In this document: positions 18,949 to 28,574 of the stretch, piece by piece
Numbering within the stretch: position 1 is the stretch's first letter
How the letters are laid out: every line of letters starts with the position of its first letter
NCBI GenBank assembly: GCA_038135065.1
Contig: JAYPWI010000013.1
Coordinates: 14,497 to 78,496, forward strand
Direction: 5' to 3'
Length of the DNA: 64,000 bases
From: Acidimicrobiales bacterium
Lineage (GTDB): Bacteria > Actinomycetota > Acidimicrobiia > Acidimicrobiales > Poriferisodalaceae
Notes under the pieces: model-generated
Database searches by the model: none
Told to the model about the DNA's origin: nothing
What the model saw: the letters and a program-made list of their open reading frames with translations, nothing else
Position numbers and translations under genes: made by a program

Positions 18949-20220
18949 CTAGCGATCGCCGAGGCCGACGTACGGCCGCTCACCTGGTCCCGTGTACTTC
19001 TGGCGGGGGCGATAGATCTTCTGCTCCGGGTCGTCGAGCATCTCCTGCCAGTGGGCCAGCCACCCCGGGGTACGGCCGATGGCGAACAGCACGGTGAACA
19101 TGTCCATCGGGAAGCCCATGGCCTCGTAGATGAGCCCGGAGTAGAAGTCCACGTTGGGGTACAACCGACGGTCGATGAAGTACGGATCGCTGAGCGCGAC
19201 TTCTTCGAGCTTCATCGCGATGTCGAGCAGGGGATTCATGCCGGTGACCGAGAAGACGTTGTCGGCCTGCTCCTTGATGATCTTCGCTCGGGGGTCGTAG
19301 TTCTTGTAGACCCGGTGTCCGAAGCCCTGCAGCAGGGTTTCCCCGGCCTTGACCTTCTCCACGTAGCCAGCGACGTTGTCGAAGCTGCCGATCTCGTGGA
19401 GCATGTGGATCACGGCCTCGTTCGCTCCGCCGTGCAGTGGTCCGTACAGGCCGCAGGTGGCGGCAGCAACACAGGAATACGGGTCGGGCCGCGACGATCC
19501 GACGGTCCGCATGGTCGTTGTCGAGCAGTTCTGCTCGTGGTCGGCGTGGAGGATCAGGAGTACGTCGAGCGCCTTGGTCAGCACCGGGTCAGGCACGTAG
19601 TTGGGGTCGGCCACGTTCCACATCATGCGGAGGAAGTTGCCTGTGTAGCCAAGGTGATTCACCGGGTACTCGTAGGGCAGACCCAGCCGGTTCTTGTAGG
19701 CGAATGCAGCCATGGTGGGCATCTTGGCGATCAGTCGCTGAATCTGGATCGACCGGTTGACTGGGTCGTCGATGTCCTTGGCCTCGGGGTAGAAGGTCGA
19801 CAGGGCGGCCACTGTGGACACCAGGGTGCCCATGGGGTGGGCGTCGTAGCGGAACCCCTTCATGAACTGGGTGATGTTCTCGTGCACATAGGTGTGCATC
19901 GTGATGTCATCGGTCCACTGCTCGGACTGCGCTGCATTGGGTAGTTCGCCGTTGAGGAGCAGATAGCAGACTTCGAGGAAGGTCGACTCCTCGGCCAACT
20001 GTTCGATCGGGTACCCCCGGTAGCGAAGGATCCCGACATCACCGTCGATGAACGTGATCTTGCTGTTGCAGTTGGCGGTCGACAGGTAGGCAGGGTCGTA
20101 GAACCACATGCCCTTGTCCAGCTCGCGCAGGGCGGCCGATGAGATGGTGCCGTCGACGATGGGCACGGTCACTGATTGTCCGGATCGGTTGTCGGTGATC
20201 GTGAAGCTCTCTTCGGGCAC
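18949..20220 (-). CDS. gltA: citrate synthase (type II)
   Basis: ITFIDGDVGILRYRGYPIEQLAE...ILHADHEQNCSTTT...GFGHRVYKNYDPR. I place the start at GTG 20220, because GAAGGAG sits 5 nt upstream on the minus strand and the ORF beyond it drops in GC. Confidence 0.93.
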   Translation of the reverse strand: MPEESFTITDNRSGQSVTVPIVDGTISSAALRELDKGMWFYDPAYLSTANCNSKITFIDGDVGILRYRGYPIEQLAEESTFLEVCYLLLNGELPNAAQSEQWTDDITMHTYVHENITQFMKGFRYDAHPMGTLVSTVAALSTFYPEAKDIDDPVNRSIQIQRLIAKMPTMAAFAYKNRLGLPYEYPVNHLGYTGNFLRMMWNVADPNYVPDPVLTKALDVLLILHADHEQNCSTTTMRTVGSSRPDPYSCVAAATCGLYGPLHGGANEAVIHMLHEIGSFDNVAGYVEKVKAGETLLQGFGHRVYKNYDPRAKIIKEQADNVFSVTGMNPLLDIAMKLEEVALSDPYFIDRRLYPNVDFYSGLIYEAMGFPMDMFTVLFAIGRTPGWLAHWQEMLDDPEQKIYRPRQKYTGPGERPYVGLGDR

Positions 20221-20406
20221 GCGGACTCCTTCGGTGGTTGTGACGTCTAGGACGGTCCAGTCCCTATCGGCCCATAGAGGCCGCTTCGTAAAGGTCTGGC
20301 AGTGGTGTCCCCCAGAGAAAACTACCCGCTTTCCGGGCATGGTGTGGCATTCCCCCACGAGCGAGGGTGCCGTGGTGCAAGGGGCGGGCGCCCAACCGGC
20401 GTCGGG

Positions 20407-21762
20407 TTACAGGGGCGAGTTGTCGTGGCGGCGATCTGGCAGCAGTTCGCGTTTGCTGGCCAGCAACCCGACGAGGTCGACGAGTTGGCGTCTGGTGTCA
20501 GAAGGCTCGACCACGGCGTCGACGAATCCACGTTCCGCGCCCACGTAGGGATTGAGGTAGGTGGCCTCGTAGTCCGTCACGTAGGCGGCGATCTCGGTGT
20601 CGGTGGCGCCTCGCCGGAGGATCTGGGCGGCTTGTTGGGCACCCATCACTGCAATCTCTGCCGAGGGCCAGGCGAGGTAGGCGTCGTTGCCCATGGTCTT
20701 GGAATCCATCACGATGAACGCCCCGCCGTAGCTCTTTCTCAGAACGACTGCTACCCGGGGGACCGTTGCCCGGGCGTAGGCAAAGGCCAGTTGGGCGCCG
20801 TGTCGGATCATTCCTCGCCACTCGAGGTCCTTGCCCGGATAGAAACCTGGGGTGTCGACCAGGGTCACGATGGGGACGTTGAAGGCATCGCACAGGGCGA
20901 CGAAACGACCCCCCTTCTGGCTCGCCGGGATGTCCAAGGTGCCGGCGATGGCCAGAGGCTGGTTGGCAACGACGCCGACCGGGTAGCCCCCTAGCGCTCC
21001 GAAGCCGGTCACCATGTTGGGTGCCCAGCCAGCCCTGAGTTCCAGGAACTCCTCGTCGTCCACGAGGCAGCGGATCACATCACGCACGTCGTAGCTGCCC
21101 GTCGGGACATCGGGGAGGAGGTCCCCCGCCTCTGGGGTGTTGCGGTCACCCGGATCGGCCGTGGGCCGGTGTGGGGGGAGCTCGCCGTTGTGGTCTGGCA
21201 GGTAGCCGAGTATCTCGGCGATCGTCGGCAGCACCTCGTCGGCTTCGACGACGAGGTGGGCGGCTCCGGTCGAACGCTCATGGATTCGGGCTCCGCCGAG
21301 TTCTTCCAGCCCGACGGTCACCCCGGTCATCTCGCGGACGGGGATAGGTCCCGACACGAAGGCATAGGCATCGGAAGCCATGACGACAACGTCGGCCATG
21401 CCGATCAGCAGGGCAGTTCCCGAAACCGCTGGGCCGGTCACTCCAGCGATCACCGGCACCACCCCAGAGCAACGGGCCAGTACTCGGGCTGCGCGACCCC
21501 ACCCATCGAGCGCGGCGACACCGTGATTGGCGTCGGCCCCACTCGAGGCGAGCATCAGGATCACCGGCAGTCGCTTGTCGAGGGCCATTTCGAGCGCCCG
21601 GGTGATGGTGTCGCCGTCCTCGGGCGTCAACGCTCCCTTGCGGGCGGGACTGTCGGCTCGGATCAGGATGACGCGACGGCCCTCCACACGAGCCATGCCG
21701 GCCTCGACCTCACCAGGTGTGCCCGCCCGCAGGCGGGGACTCAGCGACAGCGCTTCGGTCAC
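20407..21762 (-). CDS. acyl-CoA carboxylase carboxyltransferase (beta) subunit family protein, short form
   Basis: TLVDTPGFYPGKDLEWRGMIRHGAQLAFAY...VVLRKSYGGAFIVM is the carboxyltransferase-domain signature. At 451 aa it is shorter than typical AccD/PccB proteins. Confidence 0.8.
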   Translation of the reverse strand: MTEALSLSPRLRAGTPGEVEAGMARVEGRRVILIRADSPARKGALTPEDGDTITRALEMALDKRLPVILMLASSGADANHGVAALDGWGRAARVLARCSGVVPVIAGVTGPAVSGTALLIGMADVVVMASDAYAFVSGPIPVREMTGVTVGLEELGGARIHERSTGAAHLVVEADEVLPTIAEILGYLPDHNGELPPHRPTADPGDRNTPEAGDLLPDVPTGSYDVRDVIRCLVDDEEFLELRAGWAPNMVTGFGALGGYPVGVVANQPLAIAGTLDIPASQKGGRFVALCDAFNVPIVTLVDTPGFYPGKDLEWRGMIRHGAQLAFAYARATVPRVAVVLRKSYGGAFIVMDSKTMGNDAYLAWPSAEIAVMGAQQAAQILRRGATDTEIAAYVTDYEATYLNPYVGAERGFVDAVVEPSDTRRQLVDLVGLLASKRELLPDRRHDNSPL

Positions 21763-21806
21763 ATCCGCACCCTAGGCGGCCGAGGGGCCTGGGGTGGTGC
21801 GGATCC

Positions 21807-22724
21807 TCAGATGATGGCCAAGCCGTGGATGGTCGGCACGGTTTCCCGTACGGCGGCCCGAATGAGTTCCCGTCCTGCGGTTGCGGCGGCCGACAGCATC
21901 CCTCGGCGGCGCATGACGAGCCCCACGGTGCGGCGCGGCATCTCGGGGAGGGTCAGGACGTTCCAGTCGCCTCGGGCTGCCCATGCCGGGATGGCCGTGA
22001 CGGGAACGATGGCCGGACCGTAGCCCTGGAATGCGAGCGTTGCGGTGAGACGGATGCCGTCGAGTTCGGCCAGGCTGCGCAATCGCACGCGGTGCTGCCC
22101 GGCAGCGTCGTCGATGTGATCGCGGAGGTTCGACCCGACCGGTCCGAGGAGGAGCCGATGTGGCTCGAGGTCGGCGAAGCTCACCGAGCGGTCGCCACCG
22201 GCGGCCAATGGATGATGGCCAGGGGTCACCACGACGAGATCTTCAGCGAAGAGGGGGCTGGTCACCATCTCCTCGTGCTGTTGCGGGATATTGATGACGG
22301 CGAGGTCCAACTCGCCGCTTTCGAGCAAGGGGATCAGGGCGCTGGTGGTGGAGTCGACGACCCTGGCCTCGACATCAGGATGGGATTTCCCGAGCTCGTC
22401 GAGCCACGGTGGTAGCAGCCATCGTCCGGTGGTTCCGATCACACCCAGCCGCACGGTGCCCGTGACATGGGAGGTCATGGAGGCAACGTCCGCTTTCAAC
22501 GCCGCCAGTTCGGCGTTCACCCGTCGTGACCTGGCCAGGACCACTTCGCCTTCCGGGGTGAGGCGGCCTGCGCTGCGATCCACCAGGATCGCCCCCAACT
22601 CCTCCTCGAGGCGGGCGACGTGGGTGGAGATGTTGGACTGGACCGTATGGAGGGCACGTGCCGCAGCCGAGAAGCGACCATGTTCTGCTACCGCGGTGAG
22701 GGCCTCGAGTTGACGGAGATCCAT
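21807..22724 (-). CDS. LysR-family transcriptional regulator
   Basis: MDLRQLEALTAVAEHGRFSAAARALHTVQSNISTHVARLEEELG is the wHTH region. It is 305 aa and contains no cysteine. Confidence 0.9.
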   Translation of the reverse strand: MDLRQLEALTAVAEHGRFSAAARALHTVQSNISTHVARLEEELGAILVDRSAGRLTPEGEVVLARSRRVNAELAALKADVASMTSHVTGTVRLGVIGTTGRWLLPPWLDELGKSHPDVEARVVDSTTSALIPLLESGELDLAVINIPQQHEEMVTSPLFAEDLVVVTPGHHPLAAGGDRSVSFADLEPHRLLLGPVGSNLRDHIDDAAGQHRVRLRSLAELDGIRLTATLAFQGYGPAIVPVTAIPAWAARGDWNVLTLPEMPRRTVGLVMRRRGMLSAAATAGRELIRAAVRETVPTIHGLAII

Positions 22725-22753
22725 GCACTCATCCTAGGACGCCAGCCCCTGAT

Positions 22754-22768
22754 ATCTAAAAAAGTGAT
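22754..22768. promoter_or_regulatory. LTTR-box-like dyad ATC-N9-GAT (T-N11-A) in the LysR divergent promoter region
   Basis: The sequence is gATATCtaaaaaagtGATgg, 30-45 nt upstream of the LysR start codon, in a locally AT-rich stretch. Confidence 0.4.
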
Positions 22769-22825
22769 GGTAAGTATCTCTGGTGACTACTTGAACGATG
22801 ACCTCAGGGTAAGTAAGGTTGCACA

Positions 22826-23012
22826 TGTCGAGATCAACGACTTCCCCCGAGTCGCTCGGCACAACAACACCGCACCAAGGTGTCCCCCCACCGAGCGGTG
22901 ACAACCGCCGAGACGGAATCCCCCTTCCGATCGGCAGAGGTCGCAAGCGTCCCCCCGCTTAGCGAGACCTCCGAAACCGGCCCTTCCCCCAGGGCCGGTT
23001 TCCTCTTTTTCT
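22826..23012 (+). ncRNA. 6C-like small RNA with four UCCCCC-loop hairpins plus an intrinsic terminator (5' end uncertain, 22784-22838)
   Basis: Hairpins by eye: 22838-22854 CGACU[UCCCCCG]AGUCG; 22873-22900 CACC/GGUG[UCCCCC]CACC/GGUG; 22908-22934 CCGA..CGGAA[UCCCCC]UUCCG..UCGG; 22938-22970 AGGUC..AAGCG[UCCCCC]CGCUU..GACCU. The terminator at 22973-23002 is GAAACCGGCCC[UUCCCCCA]GGGCCGGUUUC, followed by CUCUUUUUCUC. A promoter-like TTGAAC-17nt-TAAGGT lies at 22791-22819. There is no credible ORF. Confidence 0.6.
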
Positions 23013-23028
23013 CCCGGTCACCAGCCGA

Positions 23029-23058
23029 CCCTGCCCCGACCGGGTGGCCGGGGCAGGG
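23029..23058 (-). terminator. GC-rich hairpin downstream of the aconitase stop (no U-tail)
   Basis: CCCTGCCCCG-N10-CGGGGCAGGG lies 12 nt after the stop at 23070-23072 on the minus strand. The adjacent sRNA terminator hairpin could act bidirectionally. Confidence 0.4.
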
Positions 23059-23069
23059 AAAGCACTCGG

Positions 23070-25313
23070 TCAGAGCGACGCCTTGATGATGTTCAGCGCA
23101 CTTCCGGCCTTGAACCACTCGATCGTCCATGAGGTGCCGCCCGGGGGCGAGACCTCGACGGTCACCGTCTGGTCGGGTGCCAGGTCGCTCAGGCCGCGCA
23201 CCGCGATGCGGTCGTCCTCGCTGATGCGGTCGTAGTCCGCTGGGTCAGCGAAGGTCAGGGGCAACATGCCCTGCTTTTTGAGGTTCGTCTCGTGAATCCG
23301 GGCAAAGGACCGAGCGATGGCAACCAGACCGCCCCGGAAGCGGGGCTCCATCGCAGCGTGTTCCCGGCTCGAGCCCTCGCCCATGTTCTCGTCACCAATG
23401 ACCACCCAGCCCTGGCCGACCTCGTGATAGTGCTTTGCGATGTCCGGGAAGCTCTGGACCTCGCCACTCAACTGGTTCTTGCCGTGGCCAGCCTCGTACG
23501 CCGATCCATCGGCCGTCTGATAGGCGTTGATGGCGCCGAGATAGAGGTTCCCCGAGATGTTCTCGAGGTGGCCTCGGTAGCGCAGCCAGGGGCCAGCCAT
23601 CGAGATGTGGTCGGTGGTGAACTTTCCGGCCGCCTTGACCAGGATGGGCAGACCCTCGTAATCGTTGCCGTCCCAGGCGGGGAAGGCGTCGAGAAGTTGG
23701 AGGCGATCCGAGGTGGGGGACACGGCTACGGTCACCGCGGACGGGTCTGCAGGTGGGGCGATGAACCCGCTCTCACCGGGCGTGAAGCCGGCCGGCGGCA
23801 GCTCGACACCCACGGGTACCGACAGCCGTACCTCGTCGCCCGCTTCGTTGGTGAGGGTGTCGGTAGCGGGGTCGAAGTCGACGGATCCTGCCAGGGCCAG
23901 GGCCATCACGGTCTCGGGAGAGGTGACGAAGGCCAGGGTTGCCGCATCGCCGTCGTTCCGCTTGGGGAAGTTCCGGTTGTAGGAGGTCACGATGACGTTG
24001 GGTTCGCCGGCCGAGTGCTCGGTCTCGGCCGAACGGTCCCACTGCCCAATGCACGGCCCGCAGGCGTTGGCCAGCACAGTGGCGCCAAGCGCCTCGAAGT
24101 CGGCCAGCAGGCCGTCGCGTTCGATCGTGGCACGGACCTGCTCGGAACCTGGGGTGATCATCAGCTTGGACCGCACCGTGAGGCCCTTGGCCGCAGCTTC
24201 CCGGGCGATGGATGCAGCCCGGGTGATGTCCTCGTAAGAGCTGTTCGTGCAACTACCGATGAGGGCGGCGCTGATCTCGAGCGGCCAGCCGTTGGCCCGC
24301 GCTTCGGCTCCCAACGCGCCGACTTCCCTTGCCAGATCTGGGGTGTGGGGCCCGTTGATGTGCGGGCCGAGCGTCGAGAGATCGATCTCGATCACCTGGT
24401 CGTAGAGGGCATCGGGGTCGGGTCGCAGGTGCTCTGCCACAGCAGCAGCCGCTGCTGCAACGTCGGCTCGACCGGTCGACACCAGGTAGCGGCCCACGGC
24501 GTCGTCGTAACCGAAGAGCGACGTCGTGGGGCCGATCTCGGCGCCCATGTTGCAGATGGTGGCCTTGCCGGTGCAGCTGAGTGACTCGGCACCGGGGCCG
24601 AAGTACTCAACGATGGCTCCCGTACCCCCCTTGACGGTGAGGATCTCGGCAACCTTGAGGATGACGTCCTTCGGCGCGCTCCAGCCGGACAGTTCGCCGG
24701 TGAGATGCACCCCGATGGCCTTGGGCCAGCGCACGTTCCACGGGAAGCCCGTCATGACGTCGACTGCATCCGCGCCGCCGACCCCAACGGCCAGCATCCC
24801 GATACCGCCGGCGTTGGGGGTGTGGCTGTCGGTGCCGATCATCATGCCGCCCGGGAAGGCGTACTGCTCGAGCACGACCTGGTGGATGATGCCGCTGCCC
24901 GGCTTCCAGAAGCCAGCCCCGTACTTGGCGCATACCGACTCGAGGAAGGCGTAGACCTCCTCGTTGGTTTCGTTGGCGGCCAACAGGTCTCGGCGACCGT
25001 CGTCCCGTGCCTGGATCAGGTGGTCGCAATGGGTGGTGGTGGGGACTGCCACCTCATCGAGCCCGGCGGTCATGAACTGCAGCCAGGCCATCTGCGCCGT
25101 GGCGTCCTGCATGGCAACCCGGTCGGGCCGCAGATCGACGTAGCTCTCGCCGCGCTCGAGTTCTTGGTCGCGCGACGCAAGGTGGTTGATCAGGATCTTT
25201 TCGGCAAGGGTCAACGGGCGCCCCAACGTCTGCCGCCCCCAGGCAACCGCATCGGCCAGGTTGCCGTAAACGGCGTCGATGAGTTCGATCGGGGTGTTGG
25301 CATACACGGCCAT
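23070..25313 (-). CDS. acn: aconitate hydratase, mitochondrial (ACO2)-like ~750-aa type
   Basis: From ATG 25313: [13 protein letters not shown]... Also [80 protein letters not shown] and [11 protein letters not shown]. This is near-colinear with eukaryotic mitochondrial aconitase as I remember it. Confidence 0.93.
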   Translation of the reverse strand: MAVYANTPIELIDAVYGNLADAVAWGRQTLGRPLTLAEKILINHLASRDQELERGESYVDLRPDRVAMQDATAQMAWLQFMTAGLDEVAVPTTTHCDHLIQARDDGRRDLLAANETNEEVYAFLESVCAKYGAGFWKPGSGIIHQVVLEQYAFPGGMMIGTDSHTPNAGGIGMLAVGVGGADAVDVMTGFPWNVRWPKAIGVHLTGELSGWSAPKDVILKVAEILTVKGGTGAIVEYFGPGAESLSCTGKATICNMGAEIGPTTSLFGYDDAVGRYLVSTGRADVAAAAAAVAEHLRPDPDALYDQVIEIDLSTLGPHINGPHTPDLAREVGALGAEARANGWPLEISAALIGSCTNSSYEDITRAASIAREAAAKGLTVRSKLMITPGSEQVRATIERDGLLADFEALGATVLANACGPCIGQWDRSAETEHSAGEPNVIVTSYNRNFPKRNDGDAATLAFVTSPETVMALALAGSVDFDPATDTLTNEAGDEVRLSVPVGVELPPAGFTPGESGFIAPPADPSAVTVAVSPTSDRLQLLDAFPAWDGNDYEGLPILVKAAGKFTTDHISMAGPWLRYRGHLENISGNLYLGAINAYQTADGSAYEAGHGKNQLSGEVQSFPDIAKHYHEVGQGWVVIGDENMGEGSSREHAAMEPRFRGGLVAIARSFARIHETNLKKQGMLPLTFADPADYDRISEDDRIAVRGLSDLAPDQTVTVEVSPPGGTSWTIEWFKAGSALNIIKASL

Positions 25314-25407
25314 GTGGTGTCCTCGGATGGTTGGTGCTGACGTTGGCGGGTGCCGTAGGCCCGGGCCGACACGCCTGTGTCCCCACACCGACCGGTAGCC
25401 GGAACCG

Positions 25408-26187
25408 TTGGCAGACAACTACGGTACAAGTATTCGACCCGTCCGTACCATCCGCTATCGACAGATCGCCGACGATCTGGTGGCGCGCCTCGACCAAGGT
25501 GAGTTCGCGGCGGGCGGCCTGCTTCCCAGCGAAGCGATCCTCTCGGCTCATTACCAAGCCAGCCGGGTCACCGTTCGGAAGGCCTTGGAGGTCCTGCGGG
25601 TGGCCGGCCGGGTGGATTCCCGGCAGGGCTATGGCTGGTTCGTGGCAGCCGATCCACTCCAGCAGTCCTTGACCCGCCTGGGCACCTTGGACGAGCAGTT
25701 GGCGGCCGAGGGGGCGGTGTCGAGCAGAGAGGTCCTCGGCTTCGCCTTCGTGGAACCACCAGCGTGGGTCCGCGCGCGGTTCGGCGATGCGCTGGCCCCG
25801 GGTGAACAGGTGCTGGAGGTGTCACGGCGCAACCTGGCCGACGGACAACCGTTCGCCCGGGTGACTGTCTGGTGTCCGGGATCGCTCGCCGCCGACCTGT
25901 CGCGATCAGACGTCGAGCGCGCCCCGTTCGCTCGACTTCTCGGCCTGTCGCTGGGAGGGGCTCGCCAGACCATCGGGGCCGACGCGGTCAGCCGGCCCGA
26001 TGCCGCCGTGCTGGGAATTCCCGAGGGATCCCCGGTGCTGCGGGCCGAGCGGGTCACCCGCACGACCTCCGGCGTCGTGGTGTTGGTCTCGGAACACGTC
26101 TACCCGGCCCATCGAACCGAGTTCGTGGTCGACCTGCCAGCCGAGGCGGCTGACGGTGCGCCCGCAGGTCTGCGCCTCGTCAACTGA
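25408..26187 (+). CDS. GntR-family (HutC/UTRA-type) transcriptional regulator
   Basis: [49 protein letters not shown] is the wHTH region, with a UTRA-like C-terminal half. The TTG start comes from the ORF track. It is divergent from the aconitase gene. Confidence 0.85.
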   Translation: MADNYGTSIRPVRTIRYRQIADDLVARLDQGEFAAGGLLPSEAILSAHYQASRVTVRKALEVLRVAGRVDSRQGYGWFVAADPLQQSLTRLGTLDEQLAAEGAVSSREVLGFAFVEPPAWVRARFGDALAPGEQVLEVSRRNLADGQPFARVTVWCPGSLAADLSRSDVERAPFARLLGLSLGGARQTIGADAVSRPDAAVLGIPEGSPVLRAERVTRTTSGVVVLVSEHVYPAHRTEFVVDLPAEAADGAPAGLRLVN

Positions 26188-26204
26188 AGGGCAGACCGGA
26201 CCGT

Positions 26205-26849
26205 TCAACTCATGGTGTCGAAGCTGACCAACGAGGCGGTGTCGAGCCGGGGCGCGCGCTTGAAGTCCGTCCCGATCGTGTAGGCCACGGGGAACAGCCC
26301 GACCTGGGTCCACGAGGCGTGGTCGATGCCGAGCAGTTCGGCAGCTTCCTTCTCGAACGGTAGGTGGAGGGTCGTCCACGCAGTACCCAGGCCACGCTCG
26401 CGAGCTGCCAGCATGAAGCTCCACACGGCAGGAATCACAGAACCCCACATCGATGCCTGACCGAACGCATCGACTCCCTCGGGGCGGCCCGCCATGAGGG
26501 GAACCAGCAGGACGGGGACCTCGTGGAAGACCTCCCTGAGGTGCACGGCCGAGCCCCGCACGAACGCCTGCCGTTCACCCCTGGTGTCACCCGGGGGGTA
26601 CTCGACCGCTGGCTGATTGACATAGGGATCGAATCCTCGTCCGTACAGGTCGGCTAGGGCCCGCTTCTTGGCTGCGTCTTCGACGAACAGGAAGTGCCAG
26701 CCCTGACGGTTCGACCCGGTCGGTGCCTGGAAGGCCAGGTCGGCGCATTCGAGGAGCACCTCGCGTTCGACAGGACGGTTGAGGTCGAGTCGCTTGCGCA
26801 CGGCTCTGGTGGTGGCAAGAACGTCATCGGCGGACAGCCCGAGCTGCAT
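26205..26849 (-). CDS. nitroreductase-family protein
   Basis: From ATG 26849 (GGAGG upstream): TRAVRKRLDLNRPVEREVLLECADLAFQAPTGSNRQGWHFLFV. Confidence 0.85.
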   Translation of the reverse strand: MQLGLSADDVLATTRAVRKRLDLNRPVEREVLLECADLAFQAPTGSNRQGWHFLFVEDAAKKRALADLYGRGFDPYVNQPAVEYPPGDTRGERQAFVRGSAVHLREVFHEVPVLLVPLMAGRPEGVDAFGQASMWGSVIPAVWSFMLAARERGLGTAWTTLHLPFEKEAAELLGIDHASWTQVGLFPVAYTIGTDFKRAPRLDTASLVSFDTMS

Positions 26850-26885
26850 GGTGAGACCTCCGGTCGGGGTGCGTGATGCTCCAGA

Positions 26886-27770
26886 ATGGCACCTGTGTCG
26901 CCGCAGCATCGTACGCAGGAGGATGCCGACGACCTCGGAGGGCTGGCTGGTTGGTTGGTGGCCATCCTGCTCTTCGTCGGTTTTTCAGCTCTCGGGTTCG
27001 CCCTGATCGGGCCCCATGTCCCCGCTCGGCCCGATGTGCCGCTTCCCGCGACGGCAGCCGTGCCCGGGGCCGTGCCAGCTGATCGGTCAGGTGGCACAGC
27101 GACAGCGGCTCGGCCGGACGACACCCCGCGTGCTGTCGAGCCCGACGCCGTGCCCGTCCTGCAACTGGACATGTCCGACGGGCGCATCACCGTCACGTCA
27201 TCAGCTGCCGTCGCGTCCGTAGGGCAGGAGGTCGGCGATCTGCTGACCATGACAACGGGTCAGCGGGTGGAGCACCTGCGGGCGGCAGGTGGGCCTGCGA
27301 CTGGTCCCATACTGCTGACTGGGTCGTGGCCGCAGGGGTATCGGCGTGGCCTGCAGGCCGCACGGGAGTTGCTCGAGCAACGCACCGCAGGCCCCATCGA
27401 CGACCGGTCCCACAGCATCGGCCCGACACCGTTGGCCCGAGCCCTGCAGGCAGAACTCGATGCGCTGGCTACCGAGATCACGCTCGTGTTCGACCCGGAC
27501 ACCGGGCAGCTCGTGCCCGAGGGAACTCCGGGACTGATCTCCGCCGTAGTGGCCCTTTCCGACGCAACCGACGTGGTGGTGCTCCTGTCGGTGTCGACTG
27601 ATAACGACGAGGGCGATGGTGACGATGACCGGGCGCTCCAGCAGGCCCGCCACGTCGTGGACTATCTCGAGCATCGTGGGGTCCGACAGGGACTCGTGCG
27701 CGCGGTTATCGGTTTCCGGTCCGGCACGGCCGGCTCGCACAGGGCAGACTTCACGGTGGTGAACCAATGA
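26886..27770 (+). CDS. membrane-anchored hypothetical protein with a degenerate OmpA/MotB-like C-terminal domain
   Basis: The N-terminal TM segment is LAGWLVAILLFVGFSALGFALIG. The C-terminal LVFDPDTGQLVPEG...VVLLSVSTDNDEGDGDDDRALQQARHVVDYLEHRGV...AVIGF follows the OmpA-like pattern (by eye). An ATGA overlap joins it to the next gene. Confidence 0.5.
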   Translation: MAPVSPQHRTQEDADDLGGLAGWLVAILLFVGFSALGFALIGPHVPARPDVPLPATAAVPGAVPADRSGGTATAARPDDTPRAVEPDAVPVLQLDMSDGRITVTSSAAVASVGQEVGDLLTMTTGQRVEHLRAAGGPATGPILLTGSWPQGYRRGLQAARELLEQRTAGPIDDRSHSIGPTPLARALQAELDALATEITLVFDPDTGQLVPEGTPGLISAVVALSDATDVVVLLSVSTDNDEGDGDDDRALQQARHVVDYLEHRGVRQGLVRAVIGFRSGTAGSHRADFTVVNQ

Positions 27771-28540
27771 GCTACACAGAAATCGACTACGCAACCGACG
27801 GTGAGGTGGGAGTGATCACCCTCAACCGACCCGAGGCCCACAACGCTCTGACCTGGACGACCTACGGCGAACTGGAGGACGCAGTGCGGTCGACCTCGGC
27901 CCGTTGCCTCGTGATCACAGGGGCGGGCCGGTCGTTCTGCAGCGGTGACGATGTCAAGCAATTGATGTCGACCTTCGCAGATCGCGAACCCGACACCACA
28001 CGGGTGCCCCGCCTGACTCCGGCCGCCGAGGCCCTCCTCTACAGCAATGTGCCCCTCGTCGCGGCAGTCAACGGGGCCGCCGTGGGTTGGGGGATGGAGC
28101 TGGCCCTGATGTGTGACCTCCGGGTGGCATCGACGGCGGCCCGGTTCGGGGAACTCTTCGTGAAACGCGGCCTGGTGACCGACGTGCCGGGAATCGGCCG
28201 CCTCGCTCAACTTGTCGGTCGGGAGAAGGCCGCTGAGTTGGTGTTCACCGGGGAGATCATCGACGCGGCCGAGGCGCAGCGCATCGGCCTGGTCGGCCGG
28301 GTGGTCGAACCGGACGACCTGATGTCGGTGGCCATGGAGCGGGCCCAGACCATTGCGGCCAACCCGCCCCTGGCCATCGCTCGGATGAAGGCGGCAATGC
28401 GTGACACTCTCGACCCTGACTGGACTGCGTTGGGGGAATGGGTGAGCCGGAACCTTGGAGAGCTCTTCCGGACCGAGGATCACAAGGAAGGGGTCGCATC
28501 CTTCCTCGAGAAGCGGCCTCCCCGCTTCGTGGGGCGATGA
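27767..28540 (+). CDS. enoyl-CoA hydratase/isomerase family protein
   Basis: GVITLNRPEAHNAL...ITGAGRSFCSGDD...AAVNGAAVGWGMELALMCD. Confidence 0.9.
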   Translation: MSYTEIDYATDGEVGVITLNRPEAHNALTWTTYGELEDAVRSTSARCLVITGAGRSFCSGDDVKQLMSTFADREPDTTRVPRLTPAAEALLYSNVPLVAAVNGAAVGWGMELALMCDLRVASTAARFGELFVKRGLVTDVPGIGRLAQLVGREKAAELVFTGEIIDAAEAQRIGLVGRVVEPDDLMSVAMERAQTIAANPPLAIARMKAAMRDTLDPDWTALGEWVSRNLGELFRTEDHKEGVASFLEKRPPRFVGR

Positions 28541-28574
28541 GGTGACCGGCGCACCGCAGTGGGCCTGTCACCCC

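Noticed and set aside
20221-20358. N-terminal 46-codon extension of the citrate synthase ORF
   Set aside because: A GAAGGAG Shine-Dalgarno sits 5 nt before GTG 20220. Conserved citrate synthase sequence starts right after it, and the extension falls in lower-GC, non-coding-looking sequence.
21807-22724. Idea that the LysR regulator next to the sRNA is an OxyR orthologue (oxyR/oxyS analogy)
   Set aside because: The protein contains no cysteine at all, so OxyR-type redox sensing is impossible. Only the divergent regulator/sRNA architecture is analogous.
22766-22900. 44-codon ORF (MVSISGDYLNDDLRV...) in the LysR-aconitase gap
   Set aside because: It has no RBS and atypical AT-rich codons for this genome. 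It also runs through hairpins whose loops are all UCCCCC, so an sRNA explains the region far better.
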